Shown here: in pieces, positions 1 to 6,420 of the stretch | Position numbering within the stretch: position 1 is the first letter of the stretch | Layout: the number at the start of each line of letters is the position of its first letter | IMG/VR virus record: IMGVR_UViG_3300025769_000082 | Length of the DNA: 24,801 nucleotides | Reading direction: 5' to 3' (one strand) | Source: an uncultured virus (IMG/VR IMGVR_UViG_3300025769_000082) | Taxonomy: Duplodnaviria > Heunggongvirae > Uroviricota > Caudoviricetes | The notes under the pieces: model-generated | The model's input: the letters and a program-made list of their open reading frames with translations, nothing else | Told to the model about the DNA's origin: nothing | The model's database searches: none | Position numbers and translations under genes: made by a program

Positions 1-172
1 AGTACCCATCGTCGCCAATCTGTGTCCGAACGAAATCAACAATGTCAGCGATCCGCCCCCGGTGGTGGGCAAACTCCGCGTCGAGTTTGTCTCCGGGCTG
101 TTGATCCGTCGGATTACTCGTTGAGTAATCTTCAAAATCATATTGCTGTGTGGGTGCTGTAGGGGCCGCCAT
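1..172 (-). CDS. Phage virion/tail-associated protein, N-terminal part (runs off window)
   Basis: Not in the ORF track. Reads MAAPTAPTQQYDFEDYSTSNPTDQQPGDKLDAEFAHHRGRIADIVDFVRTQIGDDGY..., open to the edge, with a GGAGG RBS just upstream. Resembles N-termini of podovirus tail-fibre-like proteins. Confidence 0.7.
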   Translation of the reverse strand, partial: MAAPTAPTQQYDFEDYSTSNPTDQQPGDKLDAEFAHHRGRIADIVDFVRTQIGDDGY

Positions 173-386
173 CCAAATGCCTCCCGCCGGGTTAGGGTCG
201 GTCATGTCTCCCGGGCGCGACTACGGGTTGGGTCTGGACGCGGATGAATTTGAGGTGATTTTAGTGCTTTTTGTGTCTTGGCGCAATAGTTTGTGTCGCG
301 AGACACAGTCTTCGTGTCTCGGGGGGTGATTTTTTAAGTGAGGGGTGGTGGATGCGCTGTAAAAACTCTTTGGGGTTTTTCCAGCT

Positions 387-493
387 ACAGCTTTTTACAG
401 TTTGTTGAAAAGTTTGAAATCCAGAAATTTTCTCGGACAGCTTTTCACAGTTTGTTGAAAAGTTTGAAATCCAGAAATTTTCTCGGACAGCTT
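387..493. repeat. 50-bp AT-rich tandem duplication (2 copies plus a partial third)
   Basis: ACAGCTTTT(T/C)ACAGTTTGTTGAAAAGTTTGAAATCCAGAAATTTTCTCGG at 387-436 and 437-486 with one mismatch; ACAGCTT again at 487-493. Confidence 0.95.
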
Positions 494-499
494 ACGCGC

Positions 500-775
500 G
501 ACGCCGCGCTCCCCCCGGGCTCCCCCCGGGGGGTCGGGTCGGCGGCGGGCCGTGTCTCGGCCCCGTGTCTCGGCGTCTCGGTCTCGGCGTCTCGGTCTCG
601 GCCCCGTCTCGCCGCGCCGGGCTCGACGCCGCGCGTCGTCGCCGGGCTCGACGTCGTCGGTCGGCGGGTCGGGCCCGGGTCTCGCCCCGGGATAGGGCGG
701 GCTCTCGCCCGGGTCTCGGCGGGTCTCGGGCCGGGTCGCGGCACTAATCGCGGCGCGTCTCGGTCTCGGCGTCTC
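500..775. repeat. GC-rich low-complexity tract of GTCTCGG/CGTC units
   Basis: Many GTCTCG(G) units, e.g. 554-610 and 710-775; no credible coding frame. Confidence 0.75.
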
Positions 776-998
776 AATCTCGACCGGCGAGGGCGTCTAA
801 TTCGGCGTCGATCTCGGCGAGACTCATATCGCCCGCCGCCCGGGTGCCGGGTCGGGTCGGCGCGTCTTGGTGCTTGCCCAATAGGCCCGCGATCTCGGCG
901 AGCGTTCGCGCCGCTTGGACCCGCGCGGCGGCGGCGGCGGTCTTATCGTTTATGACGTCGCGCAAAGCGGCGAGGATAATATCACTATCTGTTTGCAT
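774..998 (-). CDS. Terminase small subunit-like protein (74 aa)
   Basis: ARVQAARTLAEIAG and DMSLAEIDAEL resemble motifs of phage small-terminase-like proteins; overlaps the end of the upstream HGGxSTG-like gene. Confidence 0.5.
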   Translation of the reverse strand: MQTDSDIILAALRDVINDKTAAAAARVQAARTLAEIAGLLGKHQDAPTRPGTRAAGDMSLAEIDAELDALAGRD

Positions 999-1413
999 TA
1001 TAACGCCCCGTTAGGTCGGCCCACGCCCGACCGTCGCCCGCTTGGGCGGCGACATAGGCGAGAACGACGGCGGCCCTCTCGGCGAGAGACCGGGCCGCCC
1101 GATATACCGGCAAGCGTAAGACGTCGGGCGGCGCGTCTTGGATTGCGTCGAGCGCCGCTTGTCGGCGGGCGTGTCGGGCTCGACGCTCGGGCGTCGGTTT
1201 ATGGTCGGGATTGTTTCGCAAGGCCGCGCGGTCGGCCCCGGTCAAATGATACCGGCAATGTTCGAGGCCCCACGCCGCCCGGTTCCGACATGGTCGGTCG
1301 TTTTGTCGCGACCAACCGGCGCACGTCTTGGCGGTCGCGAACGGCGACCCAAAACCGGCGGCGGCCCGCTTGGTTTTGAACGTCTCGGATTGCGTCGGGT
1401 TTTTGTTTGCCAT
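985..1413 (-). CDS. HGGxSTG-like Cys/His zinc-finger protein (142 aa)
   Basis: CAGWSRQNDRPCRNRAAWGLEHCRYH gives C-x10-C-x10-C-x2-H, like the HGGxSTG domain often found beside packaging genes; the HGG tail is not conserved. Confidence 0.6.
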   Translation of the reverse strand: MANKNPTQSETFKTKRAAAGFGSPFATAKTCAGWSRQNDRPCRNRAAWGLEHCRYHLTGADRAALRNNPDHKPTPERRARHARRQAALDAIQDAPPDVLRLPVYRAARSLAERAAVVLAYVAAQAGDGRAWADLTGRYNANR

Positions 1414-1439
1414 GCCCGGGATGATACCCGACGCCGCGC

Positions 1440-1470
1440 TTGCGTTCTATATCACACATTGTTATATATT
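1440..1470 (+). promoter_or_regulatory. Sigma70-like promoter of the AAA/vWA operon, overlapped by an operator-like dyad
   Basis: TTGCGT (1440-1445), 17 nt, TATATA with upstream TG; an AT-rich patch in the divergent gap. ATCAC-ACATT-GTTAT at 1451-1465. Confidence 0.55.
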
Positions 1471-1537
1471 GACGTGTCGGGCGACGCCGCCCGACGGCAA
1501 ACACTCGAACCGACTAAACACAAGGAACCAACAAACC

Positions 1538-3070
1538 ATGACAAACACATACACAAGCGAAGGCCGCACGGCTTTAAAAGCGGCGATCACAAACAGCCCG
1601 GCATGGGGCGACTATAAAGATGCGCACGGCGTCACGTCGGGCGGCCTTACGGTCGCCGGTCTCGAAAAGGCCGCCGCCGCCCTCGGTATCGACGCCCGGC
1701 AATATGCGAAAGACGTTTTCGCCCCGGCAACGCCGCCGGTCGCCGCGCCGGTCGCCGCCCCGGTCGAGGTCGAGGCCGCCCCGGTCGTCGAGGTCGAGGC
1801 CGCCCCGGTCGAGACCCAAGACGGCGAGACCGCCGACGCAATCGCCCGCGATATTTTGAGCGGTTCAATCGCCGACATGGCCGCCCGGGTCGAGACCTTG
1901 GCCGCCCGGGCCCTCGACGCCGAGACCGCCGCCGCCGAGACGTCGGCACGTCTCGCCGCCGCAATGGCGGCCCCGGGCTCGAACGTCGTCGCAATGCCGA
2001 CGCCCGCCGCGCCGGTCGCAAAGGCCCCGACGGTCGCCCCGGCCCGGGTCGTCGAGACCAAAACCCGGAAAGACGTTTTCGGCCTTACGCTCGACGGGTC
2101 TGATTTCCCGGTTTCAATATGGAACGCCGCCGACGCCCCGGCCCGCGATAAAAAGATGGCATGGGATAAAACAGTCTTATCCTATGCCCTCGCCGTTTGG
2201 CGGCGCGGGAAAAATATCTGGTTGCACGGCCCGCGCGGCGTCGGCAAGACGACGTTTTGCGAACAGGTCGCCGCTTGGACCGGTCGCCCGCACGTTCGCA
2301 TTGGTTTTCACGCCGATATGGAACCAGTGCATCTTTTCGGTATGGTCGTCCCCGAACCGACCGGCGGCGTCGTTTGGCAAGACGGCGTTCTGGTCGCCGC
2401 CATGCGCCGCCCGGGCACGATAATTTTGCTCGACGAACCGACCCTTGCGCCGGTCGGCATGTTACACGCCCTTCAAACGGTTCTGGACACTCGGCGCGTT
2501 ACGCTCGAAACCGGCGAGGTCGTCGAGGCCGCCGAGGGCGTCGTCTTTGCAATCGCCGACAATACCGCCGGGCATGGCGACGATACCGGCGAGTATCACG
2601 GGACCGGCCCTATGAACGCCGCTTTCCTCGACCGCGCCGCCGTCTCAATTCCGGTCGGTTATTTGCCCAAGGCCAAAGAGGTCGCGCTTGTCGAGGCCCG
2701 CACGGGTTTAAACCGGGCGACCGCCGACAAGCTGGTCACGTTCGCGGGCCTGACCCGGCAAAAAGGCAACGATTGCGCCGGGCTCTCGCCCCGTCGCGTT
2801 TTTGCTTGGGCCGAACTTGTCGCCGACGGTTTCCCAAGCGCCGAAGCTTTCAATATGGCGGTCGTCAATTTGGCCGACCCGGCGCACGTCGAGATATACC
2901 GGCAACTTGAGATCGGCGACGGCGTCGGCGGGCTCGATCACGCCGTTATTGACGCCCTCGCCCGGGGCGAGGCTTTACCGTCGCCCGACGGCGCGGCCCC
3001 GCAATCGACCGACGACGTCGAGACCCGCTTGGGCTTTGACGCCCTCGATCTCGACAACGTGAACGCATAA
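1538..3070 (+). CDS. MoxR/CbbQ/CobS-like AAA+ ATPase (510 aa)
   Basis: Start reassigned to ATG 1538 (AAGGAA RBS at 1522-1527). Walker A GPRGVGKT, Walker B IILLDE, ADNT sensor, MNAAFLDR arginine-finger region, LSPR sensor 2; long Ala/Pro-rich N-terminal extension. Confidence 0.9.
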   Translation: MTNTYTSEGRTALKAAITNSPAWGDYKDAHGVTSGGLTVAGLEKAAAALGIDARQYAKDVFAPATPPVAAPVAAPVEVEAAPVVEVEAAPVETQDGETADAIARDILSGSIADMAARVETLAARALDAETAAAETSARLAAAMAAPGSNVVAMPTPAAPVAKAPTVAPARVVETKTRKDVFGLTLDGSDFPVSIWNAADAPARDKKMAWDKTVLSYALAVWRRGKNIWLHGPRGVGKTTFCEQVAAWTGRPHVRIGFHADMEPVHLFGMVVPEPTGGVVWQDGVLVAAMRRPGTIILLDEPTLAPVGMLHALQTVLDTRRVTLETGEVVEAAEGVVFAIADNTAGHGDDTGEYHGTGPMNAAFLDRAAVSIPVGYLPKAKEVALVEARTGLNRATADKLVTFAGLTRQKGNDCAGLSPRRVFAWAELVADGFPSAEAFNMAVVNLADPAHVEIYRQLEIGDGVGGLDHAVIDALARGEALPSPDGAAPQSTDDVETRLGFDALDLDNVNA

Positions 3071-3083
3071 GGGGGGCGAGACC

Positions 3084-4979
3084 ATGAAGGTTAAAAACAC
3101 CGATTTCCTCGCCGCCGTCGGCCCGACCGCCCAAAAATTTTTGGCGCGGGCGGGCGTCAAGGCAAAGGTCAAAGTGCTTTGCTCGGGCTCGACCGCTTGG
3201 ACCCGTTTTTACGGGTCCGGGCGCGACGGCTCGACCATGCGCGTCGATTTAAACATGCCCGCTTTGCCGGTCGCCGGGTCTATGACCCGCGACCAAGCCG
3301 ACATGTTCACGGCGTATATTCTGCACGAAATTTCGCACAACCTTTGGACCGACACCGAGGCATGGGACGAGGCCGTGCGTGCGGTCGAGTATCGCAAACA
3401 AACGGCTTTCCATCGTATTATAAACGCCCTCGAAGACGTGCGAATTGAACGTGTTTCAATTCGCGAAAAGGTCGCCGGTCGGTTCCGCGATTGTCTCGAA
3501 CGTTTGATCGACCAGTTACACGCCGACGCCGTGCGCGGCGGGTTTAACCCGAACGGCCCGGGCGGGGCCCTTTGGACCCTTTGCGTTTTGGGTCGGGTCG
3601 ATTTGTGCGGTTATAACGTGCCCGCCGCCGCCGGGCTCGCCGGGGCTCTCGGCCCGGCGCAATCGGCAATCGTCCGCGATACGCTCGACCGGCTCGACCG
3701 GGCGGGCTCGACCGCCGACGTCGTCGCAATCGCTCGCGATTTGCTCGACCTTTTCGACGCCGACCAGCAAGGCCCCGAACCGCAACCCGGGCCCGGCGAA
3801 AAGGGCGACGACCAGGGCGACGACCAGGGCGACCAGGGCGACCAGGGCGACCAGGGCGACGACCAGGGCGACCAGGGCGACCAGGGCGACCAGGGCGACC
3901 AGGGCGACCAGGGCGACGACCAGGGCGACGACCAGGGCGACGACCAGGGCGACCAGGGCGACGACCAGGGCGACCAGGGCGACGACCAGGGCGACGACCA
4001 GGGCGACGACCAGGGCGACGACCAGGGCGACCAGGGCGACCAGGGCGACAAGCCCGGCGACGGCGCGGGCAAGGGCGGCGACGATTGGACCGGCGGCGGG
4101 CTCGACAATTTGCAAGACGCCGAACCGACCGCCGACGGCGTCGCCGCCGACCTTGGCATTGACGCCGACGGCGTTGACGTCTGGAACGGCATTTTGACCC
4201 GGTCGCCGGTCTCTCGCGAGATACAGAAAACTTTTCGAGGTTCCGACATGGCCGCCGGGGCCGACCGGGCCAAGGCCGACATTGCCGTGCCGTCGAAACT
4301 GAAAACCCAAGTCCGGGCGATTGTCCGGGCCCCGGGCCGAACCGACAGGCGGCGCTGGCAAGACGCCGGGCGTCTCGACGTTCGCGCAATCCCGGCAATG
4401 CGGGCGGGCCGAAAAAACGTCTTTCGGACCCGGCGCAAACAAGACGCCGTCAATAGCGTCGTTTCGCTCATACTCGACCTTTCGCCGAGCATGGGGGGCC
4501 GTCGTATCCACGCCGCTTGCGGTCTCGCCGTTCACTTGGGCGAGGCTTTAAAGGCCGCCGGGGTGCCGTTCGAGATCATGGGTTTTCGCGGCGGCGAAAC
4601 CGTTTACGCCGTCAAAACCTTGGCCGAGGCTTGGAACCGGGCGGCGGTCGAGAATATCGGCAAGGCCGAATATTCTCTCGGCGGCGGAACGAATATCACG
4701 TCGTCGGTCGTCGCCGGGGCCTTGCGCTTGCGCGACGTCGCGAACGTGAACCGGCGGATCATGCTAGTCTTGACCGACGGCGGGTGCGGGTGCGGCCCTT
4801 GGGCCTTGCGGGCGGCGGTCGATTATGCCGAGAGCGTCGGCGTCGAGGTCGCCGGGCTCGGCATCGGCGGCGGGTCCGACGTGCGGGCGTTCAAGGTCGC
4901 CCAAAAAATCGACGACGTGCGCGACCTTGGGGCCGCCGGTCTCGACATTCTCGCCCGGCAATTGGGGGCCGCCCGGTGA
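3084..4979 (+). CDS. CobT-like protein: HExxH metallopeptidase-like N-domain, acidic repeat linker, C-terminal vWA domain (631 aa)
   Basis: HEISH plus downstream NALEDVRIE; GRLD motif; MIDAS DLSPS...GGT...LTDG. Confidence 0.88.
   Translation: MKVKNTDFLAAVGPTAQKFLARAGVKAKVKVLCSGSTAWTRFYGSGRDGSTMRVDLNMPALPVAGSMTRDQADMFTAYILHEISHNLWTDTEAWDEAVRAVEYRKQTAFHRIINALEDVRIERVSIREKVAGRFRDCLERLIDQLHADAVRGGFNPNGPGGALWTLCVLGRVDLCGYNVPAAAGLAGALGPAQSAIVRDTLDRLDRAGSTADVVAIARDLLDLFDADQQGPEPQPGPGEKGDDQGDDQGDQGDQGDQGDDQGDQGDQGDQGDQGDQGDDQGDDQGDDQGDQGDDQGDQGDDQGDDQGDDQGDDQGDQGDQGDKPGDGAGKGGDDWTGGGLDNLQDAEPTADGVAADLGIDADGVDVWNGILTRSPVSREIQKTFRGSDMAAGADRAKADIAVPSKLKTQVRAIVRAPGRTDRRRWQDAGRLDVRAIPAMRAGRKNVFRTRRKQDAVNSVVSLILDLSPSMGGRRIHAACGLAVHLGEALKAAGVPFEIMGFRGGETVYAVKTLAEAWNRAAVENIGKAEYSLGGGTNITSSVVAGALRLRDVANVNRRIMLVLTDGGCGCGPWALRAAVDYAESVGVEVAGLGIGGGSDVRAFKVAQKIDDVRDLGAAGLDILARQLGAAR
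3804..4049 (+). repeat. Coding minisatellite: 12 x GGCGACCAG (GDQ) and 11 x GGCGACGACCAG (GDDQ)
   Basis: Counted from the translation: 82 codons, with no synonymous variation between units. Confidence 0.95.
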
Positions 4980-5080
4980 TTATACCGGCGGCCCTTGGGG
5001 CCCTCGCCGTTTTGGTCGGGGCCCTATGCGCCGAGGTCGGGCACGTCGCCCGGCGACGGCGTCGAGGTCGGAAAAAATAA
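4976..5080 (+). CDS. Small single-pass membrane peptide (34 aa)
   Basis: GTG start overlaps the vWA stop (GTGA). MIIPAALGALAVLVGALCAEVGHVARRRRRGRKK; ends 11 nt before the terminator. Confidence 0.6.
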   Translation: MIIPAALGALAVLVGALCAEVGHVARRRRRGRKK

Positions 5081-5091
5081 GACGCCCGCCG

Positions 5092-5128
5092 AGGGCCCCG
5101 GGTCGAGAGACCCGGGGCCCTTTTTTTT
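5092..5128 (+). terminator. Intrinsic terminator closing the AAA/vWA operon
   Basis: AGGGCCCCGGGTC-GAGA-GACCCGGGGCCCT, a perfect stem with a GNRA loop, running into T8. Confidence 0.92.
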
Positions 5129-5307
5129 ACCCGCACGGGGCCGAGAGGGCCCCGGGGCGGGTCGAGGCCCCGGCGGGCCCTTGTCGGCCCTTGGCGGGCC
5201 ATTTTTGGGCGTCTCTCGCCCCGCTCGACGTCGCGCGGCGGGCCCCGGGGCGGCGAGATCGGCGAGAGACGCCGCCGAGGGCGGGCGGCCCTATCCCGGC
5301 CCCGCCG

Positions 5308-5661
5308 TCGGCGGCGGGCCCGGGCACGTCGGCCCCGGGGCGGCGACCGGGTCGAGGTCGGCGACCGGGTCGAGGTCGGCGACCGGGTCGAGGTCGGCGA
5401 CCGGGTCGAGGTCGGCGACCGGGTCGAGGTCGAGATCGGCGGCGGGCCCGGGCACGTCGGCCCCGGGGCGGCGACCGGGTCGAGATCGGCGACCGGGTCG
5501 AGCGCCGCCGGGTCGAGATCGGCGACCGGGTCGAGCGCCGCCGGGTCGAGATCGGCGACCGGGTCGAGGTCGAGCGCCGCCGGGTCGAGGTCGAGCGCCG
5601 CCGGGTCGAGGTCGAGATCGGCGACCGGGTCGAGGTCGAGCGCCGCCGGGTCGAGATCGAG
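5308..5661. repeat. Non-coding GC-rich compound repeat array
   Basis: 5 tandem CGGCGACCGGGTCGAGGT (5341-5430); 49-bp direct repeat at 5308-5356 and 5436-5484; further CGGCGACCGGGTCGAG and CGCCGCCGGGTCGAG units to ~5661. Confidence 0.92.
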
Positions 5662-5737
5662 AAAAAAAACCGGGGCCGGGTCGTAAGATTTTTGACGCCG
5701 GAACGTCGCGCGGCGGTTTTAGTTTTAACGCCCGGGG

Positions 5738-5782
5738 CGGCGTCTCGCCGTCTCGGTCTCGGGCCGAGACGGCGAGACGCCG
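5738..5782. repeat. Perfect 19-bp inverted repeat (hairpin/cruciform)
   Basis: CGGCGTCTCGCCGTCTCGG, 7-nt loop, CCGAGACGGCGAGACGCCG. Confidence 0.9.
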
Positions 5783-5859
5783 TCTTGAGACACGCGCGGC
5801 CGCCGCGCGGGCCCGGGCGGGAGCGAGGCCTGCCCCTCCGCCGCCGCGCCTGATTTCAA

Positions 5860-5943
5860 AGATTGTACGAGGTACGAAAATTCGGAGATTGTACGCGGTA
5901 CGAAAATTCCAAAATTTCCGAGATTGTACGAGGTACGAAAATT
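5860..5943. repeat. Three 23-bp direct repeats
   Basis: AGATTGTACG(A/C)GGTACGAAAATT at 5860-5882, 5886-5908 and 5921-5943. Confidence 0.95.
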
Positions 5944-5973
5944 ATCACACTTCGTTAGATAACACATAGTTAT
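5944..5973. promoter_or_regulatory. Two abutting operator-like dyads
   Basis: ATCAC-ACTTC-GTTAG (5944-5958) and the perfect ATAAC-ACATA-GTTAT (5959-5973). Confidence 0.6.
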
Positions 5974-6053
5974 ACTCGCCGCCTAACGTCCCCCCGGGAG
6001 GCACCCCACCCCTCTATGGGGGGTGCCACCGGGGACGTCAAGGCGTTTTGACC

Positions 6054-6207
6054 AACCATGTCGAACCATGTAGCTTTAAAATCAATGACTTAGCCCTTAT
6101 CCATGTAACCATGTCGGAACCATGTCGAAAATGAACCATGTCGTAATGATTTCAATGACTTAACCCTTAACCTTGTAACCATGTAGCAACCATGTCGTGA
6201 ACCATGT
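6054..6207. repeat. Iteron-like AACCATGT array with IHF-consensus sites; candidate replication origin
   Basis: 8 perfect and 2 one-mismatch AACCATGT copies, with 70-bp higher-order periodicity. AATCAATGACTTA (6080-6092) matches WATCAAN4TTR, with a near match at 6150-6162. Lies just downstream of the primase-helicase gene. Confidence 0.7.
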
Positions 6208-6420
6208 CGAGAAAAAATACGTTTTGTTATGCTACATCTTGTAAATCCGCCCTAAAAACAACACCCAGCACATCACAAACTGTTAAAAACTGTAGCACCA
6301 CCCACCCCCCAAAAACCCCATCTGAGACAAGAGAAAACCCCGCATCCGAGACATGGGGTTTCCCCAACCTAACAACAAGTTATGTATTACCCTGTGAATT
6401 ACGGGGAAAACCCGACCCCA

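Noticed and set aside
338..955. ORFs 338-955, 445-777 and 565-747
   Set aside because: Arg/Pro/Gly-rich translations of low-complexity repeats with no RBS or recognisable motif.
1328..1537. 70-codon N-terminal extension of the AAA ORF given in the track
   Set aside because: It overlaps the divergent gene and the promoter; the RBS supports ATG 1538.
3804..4049. GDQ repeats as a collagen triple helix
   Set aside because: The G-X-Y register is broken repeatedly by four-residue GDDQ units; the longest uninterrupted run is about five triplets.
3516..4535. Antisense ORFs with LVA, PGR or SPW repeats
   Set aside because: Shadow frames of the GDQ minisatellite in the vWA gene.
1538..4979. cobS/cobT as cobalamin-synthesis auxiliary metabolic genes
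   Set aside because: No cobN or other cob genes are in the window and the partner has an HExxH domain; shared AAA/vWA folds do not imply chelatase function, so no gene symbols were given.
5860..5943. 23-bp repeats (and the 387-493 duplication) as a CRISPR array
   Set aside because: Gaps are only 3 and 12 nt (or zero), so there are no spacer-sized unique sequences, and there is no cas operon.
4825..5969. Long ORFs 4825-5853 and 4995-5969
   Set aside because: They cross a strong terminator and translate repeat DNA; stop codons are scarce because of extreme GC.
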